Source: Selaginella moellendorffii
Lineage: Eukaryota; Plantae; Lycopodiophyta
Assembly (NCBI RefSeq): GCF_000143415.4
Contig: NW_003314372.1
Location: forward strand, 184,898 to 248,897
DNA: 64,000 nucleotides
Direction: 5' to 3'
Part shown: positions 45,461 to 60,377 of the stretch, piece after piece
Layout of the letters: every line of letters starts with the position of its first letter
Position numbering within the stretch: position 1 is the stretch's first letter
The notes under the pieces: model-generated
Database searches by the model: none
Seen by the model: the letters and a program-made list of their open reading frames with translations, nothing else
Told to the model about the DNA's origin: nothing
Made by a program: the position numbers and the translations under genes

Positions 45461-47583
45461 TCAATCTTCATCGCTGTCACTAACTACTGCTCTCCGCCTG
45501 TGCGTTTGCTGCTTTCTGGGAGGCGAATTTTGCTGCTGCTGCAGCTGTTCCCTATCCCTGTCTTTCCTCTTGCGGCGGCTATCCCTTGCCTCCACTTCCT
45601 CCTCTTCTTCCTCCCCCTCGTCATCTTCCTGCTCTTCCTCACCTTCATCACCTCGCGCACCTCTATTGCGGTCGCTCTCGTCTGAATCCTCGTCTTCCAA
45701 AATATCCCTCCTGCTCCGCGAAGAAGGGCGTCGCTCCATTGCCTTTGGTGGTTGCTGTATGCATGCGAAGAAACAGCCAGATATTAAGTATGCGGCTCTT
45801 GATGAGCTTACTTACCCGCTTAACCTGGTTGATTCGTCTCTCCGCCCTGCTTTCGGCGTCAAGCTGCTCTTGGTACCGTCGGTTGCTACGCCCCTCGTCG
45901 TCATAATCTTCATCCTCCTGAAAAACGATTACCATAAGCTATTGCCGATGAAAGTAAAACAGAGTTGACGAACCTCTTCAAGCGCCCCTTCAAGGTATCC
46001 AGGAGACAGCTGAGGTTCTCTCTCCCGTGTAGGGGGGTATTTACGCATCGTCTTCTCCTGCTTTTTTTGGAGATCTTCTTTGCTTTTAATCCTCTGTTCT
46101 GCTGCCTGGGCGATTCAAAACGTCAGAACTAAGTAACAAGCACAAGGACAACCTTCTCTTTTTGTTCTTTGTCCTTCTCGGGATCGAAGTCCGTGATCAC
46201 GTTCTTCACTTTGAAAACCTTCTTGTGCGTAGAATCCACGAGAGCAGTCAAGAGACGGTGCGACTTCGATCTCAACGACGAAGGCATGAATCTCATCTTA
46301 CGTGCCAGCCTCCCTTGGGCTTGTAATAATCCCTACAAGAGAGAAGAAGTTGAATATAATCAAACCGAACTGCGAAAAGTAAGAAAGTGTTCGAACCTTG
46401 GGCTGACGGATAAACAAGTGTGATTCGTCTTGTTGCCCATCTTGAACAGCAAGATCCAGAACTTCATTGCCGAGAAGAAGTTGCATGCTACCATCGGACC
46501 ACTTCACAAACCGGGCGTTGCTCTCGGCCTACACACGTATAAGTAAATAGCCGTTCATCACAAAAGCGTACCGAGCGCGAGCCATCCCGATTCCTGACGT
46601 ATCTCCAGCGCACCACGTTCTCCTCTATACGTATACGGCGTCGGCCAGTTTCATCAACAAATCCATCCTCTTCGACATATGTCTTTGGATCAAAAGGCCT
46701 TTGCTCTATATCCATAATGTTGGAGATCCTGACGAGATTCATCTGGAAGCAAAGGCCCGTAAGCTCACGAGATAATGAAAAAAAAAACAAGTGCCAAACT
46801 ACTTGCGTTGTGAGCCTGAGTTGGAGGTTGCCTGAGTGGAACTTCTACTGTAAGAGGTTCACCCTTGGGTTTCTTGATTTCTGCGCGCTCTTCATCAGAG
46901 TAATACTGCTCCTCGTCATCCTCTGCGCCCCGCTTACTATCTTTGTGGTAGCTTCCCTCCAAGTCCGAGCCCTCCCCCTGCTTCACACTATCAATGACTG
47001 ACTTTGGATGACACGAACAAGCAGCTTCGTCCACCCTACCTCTGGACTCGACGGCTTGCGAGGGCCGTCAACTCCTCCTTCCTCCTGATCGTCGTCATCA
47101 GAATCACCCAATGCTGCACGAATTCTAGCACCACGCTGCTCCTCCACCTCCTCGCTGCGATTTTTCCCGTGAGAAGAGAGGCCAGGAAACAAGCCAACAG
47201 CATACCTGCGAGTTGCTTCCCTTTCCTCCCCCTGGACTTGTCCATCGTTCTCAGAGCCGCTGGCGGCGCTCCCTTCTTCACCACCTCCGTCATCACTGCT
47301 CCTCCTGGACACTCTCTCATGCTCGCTCTCCTCCTTGTCGCCCTCACTGGCTTCCCTCTCGCCCTCGCTCTCTTCCCTGTCGCCACCGCTCTCGGCACCA
47401 CCGCCCTCTGCCTCGCCTTCGCCTTCGCCCTCCTCCTCCTAGAGCACCAGCGGCAGATCTTTCAGTCCAATGTTGGCAGCGATCGATCCAACTTACAGAG
47501 TAGGAGGCGGCGGCATCGGCGTCGTCATCCGACTCCTCCCCGAAGAGCGACTCCATGAGATTCTCGCGCTTCTCCTCCCCCAT
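45461..47583 (-). CDS. LEO1: Paf1 complex subunit LEO1 (VIP4)
   Basis: Acidic N-terminus; [85 protein letters not shown]. Confidence 0.93.
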
Positions 47584-47669
47584 TTTGCGAAACACCCCCA
47601 AGAACCCTAATTACCTGGACCTAGGTTTTAGCTGTCAAGGTTAACTGTTCGTCTCCTCGTCGCACTGCC

Positions 47670-47771
47670 ATGGCGGCGGATGTGAGGGGCGGGGTCGGTG
47701 GCGGCGGCGGCGGCGTCGGCGTCGGGAAAGCCAGAGAAGCGCGCCGCGCTTGGATGCGCCACTGTTGTTGA
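47670..47771 (+). other. Candidate 33-aa upstream ORF in the ACR 5' leader
   Basis: gccATGG context; MAADVRGGVGGGGGGVGVGKAREARRAWMRHCC*; followed by a probable 5'UTR intron ending just before the ACR ATG. Confidence 0.45.
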
Positions 47772-47867
47772 GGTGATCGAGCAGCATGCAAGTTGCGGGC
47801 GTGCGGTAGGTTTCTAAGCTTAGCTAAATCGCGCAAACTTGTTGAGCTGGATGGATTGCCTGCCAGA

Positions 47868-49607
47868 ATGTCGGGGCGAGGCTGTCCCTATTTCGATCCT
47901 GACTACGATACTCTCATCTCCAGGCTCAACGCTCCCAGGTGCGTGATTCTTCCATTTTCTATCCCGCCCTTGTTTCATTTCGCTTCTTTTCTCCTCAGCG
48001 TTGTCATCGACAACTCGAGCTGCGATGATGCAACGCTTGTCAAGGTAGCTATCACTGGTGTTGTTTGTTCTCCCTTGCATTTTCCCAGAGTTTGCGGTGG
48101 TTTTGCAGGTTGACAGTGCCAACAAGCACGGGATTCTACTGGAAGTTGTGCAAGTGCTCACGGACTTGGATCTCACCATTTCAAAGGCGTACATCTCGTC
48201 GGATGGTGGCTGGTTCATGGACGGTATGGTTTCTCGTCTCTGCGGCTTGTTTTGTTGATGGTTCCCTGCAGTTTTCCATGTCACCGATAAGCTGGGACAC
48301 AAGCTCAGGGACCAGGGCATAATCGACTACATACAGCAGGTTGGTCTGGCGTTTTCCTTCTTGCAACTTTCGTGTGAAACCAAAACCATGCTTCGCAGTC
48401 CCTTGGAGATGCACAGGCAACGACGAGTCAGGTGAAGACTTCCCTTGCACCGACTGTTGGGACGCAGTCCAGTGGCGGGCACACGGCAATTGAGCTCTCT
48501 GGAAGAGATCGGCCGGGTCTCTTGTCAGAGATATCGGGGGTTCTAACGGGCATGACGTGCAATGTAGTGGCAGCCGAAGTGTGGACACACAACAAGCGTG
48601 TTGCCTGCGTCGTTTACGTGACCGACGAGGCGACAGGCTGCCCGATAAAAGACCCCGAGAAGCTGGCCAGAATGAAAGAGCAGCTCTCGCAGGTGTTGAG
48701 AGGGGACGACGAGAACAGGCTTGCAACGACCGATTTCTCGTCGGGCCTCACGCACACAGAGAGACGATTGCACCAGATGATGCTGGCCGACCGCGACTAC
48801 GATGTTCCCAGCAGCACAAGCAGCATCAACGCGGTCCTGGATGCCAGGATCAGGCCCGTCATAAGCTTGCGGAACTGCCTCGAGAAGGGCTACTCGGTCG
48901 TGAGCGTCCAGTGCAAGGACCGTCCCAAGCTGCTCTTTGACACAGTGTGCACGCTGACAGACATGGAGTATGTGGTATTTCATGCGTCAGCCAGAGCAGA
49001 CGGCCCATACGCATACCAGGTTTGCCAGTTTTTTTTTTTCTCTCTTTTTTCTCGCTCATCCGGTTCGTCCGTGACAGGAGTACTACATCAGACACATGGA
49101 TGGCTGCACGCTGGATCTGGATGCCGAGCAGGAGCGCGTGGTAAAGTGCTTGGAGGCAGCAATCGAGCGGCGAGTGTCCGAGGTACTTCTTAAAAATCTC
49201 CTCTCGGTTTGCAGTAACGCTCGCTGCTCCAGGGGCTGCGACTGGAGCTGTGTACCCGAGACCGGGTTGGTCTGCTGTCGGACGTAACCAGGGTGTTCAG
49301 GGAGAAGGGGCTGTCGGTGACAAGGGCCGATGTGTCCACCCGGGGCGACAGGGCTGTCAATGTGTTTTACGTGACGGACACATCGGGCAAGGCGGTGAGC
49401 ATGAAGGTGGTGGAGGCGCTGCGGCTGGAGATTGGGCAGGCAATCCTGGAGGTGAAAGAGGAAGTCAAGGAGGGAAGAGGAGAGGGAGCGGCGGAGGTGG
49501 CGGCGGAGGTGGCGGCGGCGGGGGGCATGAGCCGGTCGCGCTTCTCGTTTGGGAACCTGTCGGAGCGATTCTTTCACGGCCTGGGCCTCGTCAAGTCGTA
49601 CTCTTGA
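47868..49607 (+). CDS. ACR: ACT domain repeat protein (four ACT domains)
   Basis: [89 protein letters not shown]. Confidence 0.96.
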
Positions 49608-49725
49608 GAGAGCACGTTTAAAGTGGTGGTGGAGCGCGCATTTGTTTGTGTAAATATCTTCTTCTCGTGTCAATACAAAACACCATGGGCGTCGTGTATG
49701 CGGAAACCGACCTAGGCCTGGTGTG

Positions 49726-50742
49726 ATGGAGGGTCTTGTGCATGGCGGCGGCGGCGGCGCTTGGTCCTGTGCTGGCGCCGCGGCGGTGGCGATGCAGCGG
49801 CGGGGGCGCCAGCAGCCGGTGCGATTGAGGGCCAGCGCCAGCAGCAGCAGCAGGAGTGGCGATCCATTGGAGCGACTGGCGGAGGAGGCCCGGCAAAAGG
49901 TGGGAGGAGCGGCGCGGACGGTGTCGGACACGGCGCAGCAGCTCTTGAGGGATGCCAGGCGGCGGGCGCAGGAATTCCAGGAGGAGCAGCATGTCCGCGA
50001 GCGTGTGCGGAAATTCACCCGGAGTGCCAACCAGAGAATGGAGGACATGGGGTTTGAGGTGAGGAGAAATGCCAACGAGTGGAATCGCAAGTATCGCTTC
50101 ACGCACAGGGGGGCCGAGTTTGTCGACTACGTCAAGGACCAGCTCCACGCCGCGGACTCGCGCCTCAGGATCAGGCAACGAGCGCGAATGTTTGGCGTTG
50201 ATGCGCGGATGAAATGGCCCACTGTAAGCTCTCAGCTCTTCCATCTCCATCCCATCCTCTTTTGATACAATTCGTTGCCTTGCAGTACAGGAGACGGGTT
50301 TCACAGTTCCTCGACACTCCTCTGGGCAAGTTAGTGAGCGTAAGTCCTGCTTCTCGTTTTGTTCTTCACCATCTCATCACTCTCTCGTTTCGACCAGACG
50401 ATCATGTTTGCGTGGCTCGTTCTCTCGGGCTGGATATTCAAAGTCTTCGTTATCTCTATGTGGGTTCTCCCCATAGCAGCGCCTTTGCTCATCGGAACCA
50501 TTGCAAGGAACACCATTGTCGAGGTACACGACTGAATGGGAGAGTTTTCCCCTTGTGCTAAAAGCAAGCTTTGTCGGCAGGGAGCTTGTCCCAACTGCAA
50601 GACGCAGTTTATTGGCAGCCGAGGTCAAGTAATCGTGTGCCGGGGTTGCAGGAACGTCGTGTGGCAACCACGAGATGACTTCTCCTCTTCCAAGGGGACC
50701 GGGGACCCGGATATAATAGACATCGACGTTGAAAACACCTGA
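49726..50742 (+). CDS. Conserved plastid-targeted membrane protein with C-terminal CxxC..CxxC zinc ribbon, unknown function
   Basis: Transit-like N-terminus, coiled region, KWP.YRR....FLDTPLGK, two TM segments, GACPNCK...IVCRGC..VWQP, IIDIDVE. Confidence 0.8.
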
Positions 50743-50888
50743 GGCTCCCTGTGCGCGAATAAGGACGAACATGTTGCGGTGCTTTCTCGCGTCGTTCAAG
50801 CGTTGTAAATGTTACAAAATTCTTGTCACTTCTCGTTGGCACAACCAAAAGAGCTGTGTTCTTTGATGTATGTATATGCCACTCTTAT

Positions 50889-53544
<2,656 letters not shown>

Positions 53545-53754
53545 CGTATCCTGCTCGCGATGGATCGATGGATCGATCGCCCTGCCCTAACCCTAGCATA
53601 GTGGAGAGTCTCCCATGTGTTTTTTAGGTGCCAGAGCGAGTCATTGTAGACGGCGCGTCTCACTCTTTCTTCTTACATTCCTTGTTCCTTGCCCTAATAA
53701 GCGCAAGTAGAGAAGGAAGAGGTCATGCAGATTTAGGGCAGCAGCGCGAGGACG

Positions 53755-54065
53755 ATGCTGCGACGGGCGGGAGGAGGCGGCTCCTCGTCGTCGTGGGAGG
53801 ATATGGTGGCAGCTCGCCACTACCAGCAGCAGCAGCAGCAGCAGCAGCCACAGCGGCGGGACGAGGATCTGGCATTGTTTCAAGACATGCGCATCCGGGA
53901 GGAGCACAACGGCAGCATGGAGGCAGCAATGGATCAGCAGCACACTCCACTCCATGGCAGCAGCAACGGTAAAGCTTAGTTACAAACAAGAACATTCTTC
54001 TTCATTCTTGTCTCTGTGCGAGACTTGCTGACCGATTGGTTTTTGTTTTCTTCCTCGCTCTCCCT

Positions 54066-54100
<35 letters not shown>

Positions 54101-55732
54101 GTTCCTTCGCATTCGCAGGCAAAGGAAGCCACATTCGAGGAGGATTAGCTCACGCGCGCAGCAGGGGATCCAATGATCTGCTCACATCCGAGACTGACAA
54201 GAACGACTACGATTGGTATGTCACGTATAGACATGGGATGATTGAAACATGGATGTTTCCGCAGGCTGCTCACTCCGCCCGGCACACCGCTATTCCCATC
54301 GCTAGACCGCGACTGGCTCGTCGCAAGTCCCACGCAGCGGGAGAGGGAGCCCCAAAGGGAGCGGGAGTCGTCTCGTTGGCCGAGCAAGCTGTCCAGAGTG
54401 AGTGTGCTTTGTTGGAACATGTGCCTGCTCTGCTCTGCTCTGCTCAGCTCATTTCTCTTTCTTGCTTTGCCTCCTTGTTTTTTTCTTTTCTTTTCTTTCT
54501 TTCTCCACAGCTCTCTGCGCCCGAGGCCCAGCAGCTGCTGGTGTCGTCGTCATCGTCAGGTTCCTCTGGAGGATCCGGCTCCAGGCTGTACACTAGCAGC
54601 ATCAGCAGCAGCAGCGGCGTGAGGGGCAATCCCAGTCCCCGAAGGCAGAGTGCTCCGCCCGCTACTACGTCCTTCTCCTCCTCGAGACCCAAGCAACTGG
54701 TTGCCGCCACTAGCACCGCCGCCACCACCTCCGTCGCCAATGGCAGCAGCGGGAATGCAAGGCCCTCCACTCCGACCAGAAGGCCGTCCACGGCACCATC
54801 TCCTTCCCCGTCCCTCTCCTCGTCTGCTCGTCGCCCGTCCACGCCGACCCCAGCGCCCAGGAGCAGCACCAGCTCCAGGCCTTCCACGCCAACAAGGCCC
54901 TCGCCAGCTTCCTCGAGGTCGTCCACGCCAACCAGGAGATCCTCCTCCTCTACGTCTACTCCCACCTCCACACTCGTCACCTCGACCATGTCCAACGGCA
55001 GAAGCTCGCGGGGCACGTCTCCAGTTCGCCGGTCGCAGCAGCCAGCGGCAGCTCACGAGCGCTCGTCATCGAACTCTCGCGGCGCAGCAATCTCGCGAAC
55101 GGATTTGGGAGGTGCCGCATCTACGTTGCCATCCCACCTCACCAGGAGTTACAACCACTTGGACCGTGATATGTCTAGCTTCAGCAGGCGGGCCGTCACC
55201 TCCACAAACGACTCTCTAATCCACCCCAAGTCGGAGCCACTCAGGAAGCCTGCCACAACAAAAGCTTGCAGCGGCGGCCCAAGGGAGACCTCCTTTTACG
55301 GGACGAGCATCTCCAAGAAGTCGCTTGACACGGCGATCAGGCATATGGTAACGCCATTCTCTTCCGAGGCCAGGATGGCTGACTTTGTCCTGCGTTGCTT
55401 TCTTCCAGGACATTCGCAGGAGTTCGCCCAGCGGCTTCCGTTCCGTCCCCGCGGTCACGTCCTCCTTCCCAAAGCCGACAACCATGCCTCGCTCCTCGCA
55501 GCTTCATCAGCAGCAACAGCAGCAGCAGGCGTATGACAGATTGCTGTCGTCGGAGCGGCAAGAACAGCAGCGGCAGCAACACAAGCAGCAAGACAAGAGC
55601 AAGCAGCAGCCGGTGGAACTGTTTGAGCACGAGTCCTTGGACGGGACGGATAGCTTCCTGCTGGAGCTGACTGAAGCCAGATTCCTGGATGAGGCGGATT
55701 ACCTCAAGGACCCTCCAGACATCATGAAATGA
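53755..55732 (+). CDS. Basic Ser/Pro-rich protein, BPP-like (microtubule-associated family)
   Basis: DEDLALFQDMR.REE, DLLTSETDKNDYDWLLTPPGTPLFPSL, RPSTPT repeats, SKKSLDTAIRHMDIRR; poly-Q tracts. Confidence 0.8.
54058..54100 (+). repeat. (CT)n/(CTCTCC)n microsatellite in intron
   Basis: Seen directly. Confidence 0.85.
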
Positions 55733-55789
55733 ATCGAGAGCTAGATTCTTTTGGTTCGATGTTACACTTGATCTTCCTCGATCGGGAAG

Positions 55790-58700
55790 TTAATCATCGC
55801 CATCGTTAAAAATGGGTTGCCCTTTTCTGTTGCTTGGGGCGATATGCAGTCTTGCCGCTAGTGGCCGCGGTGATCGTGACTTGCGATCAAATCCTCGGAC
55901 ACAAACGTAACCTGTGATGCGAGATCATCTTGCTTGAGTAAACTCCAATCCAATCTTAAGAAAATCTTACCCTTCCAGAAACAAGCTTGAACCTCGTCTG
56001 CGGTTAGACCTGCATTTTAGAAATCCAGCCTCAGGCTTCCACGAGAGAAAAAAATTTATAAAAAAAAGCCGCCATACATACCTCTGAAAATGGCTGGAAC
56101 TGATGTTCCGAAGTATACAAACTTTCGATGCAAATTCCACAAAAGGCTACGTGATACATTTAAAGGAAAATTGCCTGTTTCACTGTCTGCGAACACCTAC
56201 ACACGAGCAAGAGAGTCAAATATTAAGTGAAAGGAGCAATGGAATATTACCTCGTTCACTTGGAAATAGGTGCCATTTAAAGGAAAACTTCCACGCATTG
56301 CCGTTCGACATGGAATCTAGACAATAATACAAATAAATCCATTAGCAAATCATCACCAAGCCCTCACACACCAGCAATGTTCCTTTCACAAATTCGTCAT
56401 CAACGCGTTGTTGATTCTCAAGCTGTGAGTTTTGCGGTTGCTCGTCTTCACAATTCACAGAGAAGACATCAAAGAGTCATGCGAGTGTGTCAAGCTCTTC
56501 CTTACCTTGGCTCCATAGTGCCAGTAAGTAGAAACAAGGGTCGTCTTTCTCCCTGGGTTCCAGCTGCAACATTTTCACACCTCCGAGTCAATTATCAACA
56601 CCTTGCATGAATCAATAAACCTGTTGAACCAGCGGATGGTGATCTGGAAGCTCATACCTGTGAAGGACAGTAGTGTCAGGCAGGACGAATGTAACAAGCA
56701 ACAATCTAAACAAAACTTACACATAGTGAACTGTTCGAAGGCGAAAAATGTTTTTTAACTTCGGAACGGGAATGTAAGCAAATTCGGGAGGCAATACCAT
56801 GAGTTCCTTGGATGAGGCAGATGCGACAGTATATTGTGGTGGTGCCTGAGTTTGCTCGATCAGATTCAAATGCAAAGTCTCGCTTCCTTGTGTGAATAAC
56901 AGATCTTCCATGTCGGGACATGTTGATGAGCCCTCGCATGACTCTGACTCGGGCTCAGGCTCGGGAGATCCAGGCTCCTCAATAATTGGCTCGCATTTCT
57001 TAGGTGTTGCAACAACATTTGTAAGCGTGGCTGGAGGCAGCGAGACTGGAGGCGGGAGTGTCAAAACTTCTTCTTGTTGTTGTGGTCCTGCCTTGTCACC
57101 TTGTTGTTGACATTGTGTAGGAGGGGCTGGCAAAGCAAGCCTAGCACTGAGCAAAAGACGATTTGTTTTCTGGTTAGCACAAACAGCAGCAGGACAAAAG
57201 CTTTTTACCTTGCATACGCACTTGCAAAGTGCCTACACTCCATTCTCATGGGACAGGCATTGCAATTAGGCCGGGTTTTAGTGCAAAACACCTGGGAATA
57301 GACAGCGATTTAGTCCAGTACATTGTCCAGCTAAGTGTGGACTTCTTACCTTCCCAAACGTAATCATCTGGTAGTGTAGCTCGTATCTGAATGAGGAGTT
57401 AGAAAAAAGGTGTGAGCGACAAGACCATGCCTTACAGCGTGAGTCGATCCAGCGTGCACAGCCTCGGCCATATATACTTTTGGACGGTTTCTTGCACCGG
57501 GTATCTACATGCGCAAGGCGAGGATCAATCCAGGGCCAAGAGAAAGAAGGCAACACGGCTCACAGTTCCAAAAGATGAAGCTCCAGTTCTTCTGGCAACG
57601 GCTGAATAGGCACCCAACCGAGGCGCACCAAGATCCTTCCAACGTTCGTATCCACCTACAAGGCACAAGTATCCAAGTTCTTGCTAGCTCAGCTGCGTAA
57701 AGCTACTTACAGGAAACGCGAGGTGGTCCAGTGCCAACAATCGAATGCATTCCACGCTCTTTAGTCCAAGGCCCCGTATGCTCAACAGGAAGTCCCTGTA
57801 GACACAAGTCCAAAATCAAAACAGCGCAGGATGGATGGAAAAGCACACAAACTTTGCGTCTTGGGGTGGCACATCTCTGATCCATTCGAGATCGATGCTG
57901 CCGTGTTCTTCATACACCCTATCTAGGAACCCCTGCAAGAATGCGGACTTTGTTAAATCTCCGCAACAACCCGTGCTCTAGATGCATGCAACTGACCTTC
58001 ATCCGGCCAGCCAAGATGTTGTTCATCCCTCGCTCCTTGATTACGTCCGCCACTTCCTTCGTTTCAGCCAGCCTCACCGCATGCCAATCTGCACTATCTT
58101 CTGGCCTTGGTGCTGCAGTGACACCACTCAGTCCGGGACTTGTTTCCTCGTATTCTTTCAAGACTTACCATTTGGTCCCCGAGAAGTCACCTTAGACTTG
58201 ATGCTTTCCCAGTCATATGACTTCTTTGTGCTGCCACGGGTATGCTCCAACAACGCACGCTCTTTGCCGGTCACGGTCGTCTCCTTCCGGGACCTCTTGT
58301 TGCTGGCCTTGGTTTCATTCTCCTCGCCATGCGACAGAGCTGTCGTGCTCGCACAAGTGGTGATGGTAGCTGCTACGCTTACCTCCGTGAGGCAGCTGCT
58401 GTTGCTGCTGGAACTCAGATCGTCTCCCGGTTGTTGATCAGCTGTTTCTTCATCCACGCTCGGCGGCTGCTCCTTGTCATCTACGCTCGGCGGCTGCTCC
58501 CTGTCATCCACGCTTGGCAGCTGCTCCTCGTCACCCACGCTTGGCGGCTGTTCCTTGTCATGCTTTGTAAACAAGGCCCGCCGGACCTTACGCCTCCCCT
58601 CCATAAACACTTCTTCCTCCTCTCCCTCGACACACACAACTTCTTTGTGCTTGCATTGGCTGCGAACATCATCTTGAGGAGTGCAGCAATGTTCGCGCTC

Positions 58701-59982
58701 GCAGGAGCAGGAAGAACAAGTAGCATCAGGCTGATTCTTGACTGGAAATCTCGAGGCCATCGCCATGAATGCGGAGCTGAAATTCAAAGAGATGAATGTA
58801 AACAAGCAATGCCTGTGGTAAAAGTTAAACCGATTAAACCTCGACAAATGGTCCGACACATTCTGCGTGAGGAATGCTCCGATAACAGAATCCACTACTG
58901 ATCCTTTCCACTTGCTAAATTTTCGATTTCCTGCTCGACAAGAAACAAGTTCAGCTAGATTGGATTTCAGTTTTACCTTGGATGAGATGCATCTTCTCAA
59001 TGAAACAGAGTGCCTTTTGTTTCATGTCCTGCCTTTCTTTCTCCCAGTTCTTCGTCGTCTCATCGCTCTCTCCCTCGTTAGCCATGAGAAGCTTCCACAC
59101 CCGAGTGCTCTCCGGATCGAGCTGCACCTTTGCCCGAGGTTTCTTCTTCTTGATATTGCTCGCTGGAACCACAGGTCCAGCGCCAACAAAGGGCACCAGG
59201 CTCAAGCTGCTGTTATCCTTAAGCATCAACCTCTCGAGCAGTCTAGCCAGCACCTCCACGCCCTGTTCCACGGATTGCATTTGTGCCTTGTTCTTTTTCG
59301 CCTTGCCGCCTTGAGCTTGCTGCAGCTGGAGGAATTGCTTGTGCCAGGGAAACTCCTGGTCGATCTCCTCTTCCTCCTCCTGCCGCTGTTTGGATTGCTC
59401 GACATCGACAACAAGCTGCCGCTGCTGCTCCACAAGCACAGAGCGCTCCACAAGCACGGATTGCTCGGAAACAATCTGTTGGTGGAGAGGCCCCCTGATT
59501 TGTACCGTGAATCCCAGACCCCCGGCTTCAGATCCGATCGGCACGGACTGCGACAGGAATACCTCCTGCTTTCGCCTCTTCCTGGGCCGGGGAGACCTCT
59601 GGGCATTGTTTTCTGGTCTCGCGCCACCACTCCTCGGCTTTGGCCTTGGCTTTGGCTTGCTCGGGCTCGGGGTGGTCGACGTCCCAGTCGGGACGAGTGC
59701 TACTACTTTGGGCCTGTGCTTCCTGCGCTTGCTCGCCACCTCCTGCTGCGGCACCTCAATTCCCCCATCCGGCTGCGCCTCGTGCCTGTGAATTTCTTGG
59801 CGCTCTTGTTCTTCTTGGCAGGAAACAAGGGCCTCGTGCTCCACAGCCGCAGGCGCCACATTCAAGTCGAAATCTCTGTCTCTTGACGTTCCTTTGGAAG
59901 TGCGCGACGAGCGTGGACGCCTGAGGTGAGCTGCAGCTCTAAGAGCTGCGCGGCTCCCATCTCCCCTCTCATCCACAGCCAT
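55790..59982 (-). CDS. DME: DEMETER/ROS1-family 5-methylcytosine DNA glycosylase
   Basis: Domain A (MHLIQGNRKFSKWKGSVVDSVIGAFLTQNVSDHLSSSAFM), HhH GLGLKSVEC with catalytic K, FPVDTNVGRI with catalytic D, FeS motif CTKTRPNCNACPMRMEC, domain B (LRTVHYVYELPD, IPCRTAMRGSFPLNGTYFQVNEVFAD, YVCVRGFD). Start ATG 59982 is inferred. Confidence 0.95.
58449..58560 (-). repeat. 27-bp coding tandem repeat, 4 copies, in the DME-like gene (D-x-EQPPSV-x)
   Basis: DKEQPPSVG DEEQLPSVD DREQPPSVD DKEQPPSVD in the ORF track. Confidence 0.9.
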
Positions 59983-60377
59983 AGCCCCACAGAGAGACCC
60001 TCGCTTACCACGCCATAGCCATCTCCCTCTCTCACGCTCGGCCCAGCCCAAGCCTCGACAAGAAGCCCAGGATTTACTTTAGTCAAATGCGACAACTCCA
60101 CCACATTGCTTTTACCACTGCCAGGCACAACCCTACAACACTGTTGCTGACTGATCGTTTTCCCCGGCCCCGACTCTATCAGGGTTCCATCACCTGATAG
60201 GGTCCTCTCTCACTGACTGACCAAGGAAAGGAAAGAGAAAGAGCTAAACTAGGCCAGTTTGACAAACTAGCCCCTGCATTAAATAAAGAGGAGAGTTCGC
60301 TCAATCTGTTTTGGTGGACTACCTGCATTAAACAAAAAAAAAAAACCAAACTTCGCCAGCGCCACGCCACGCCACGC

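Noticed and set aside
55790-56720. DME-like gene appears truncated in the ORF track
   Set aside because: Small exons reconstruct a complete domain B through YVCVRGFD to a stop at 55790, so it is not a pseudogene.
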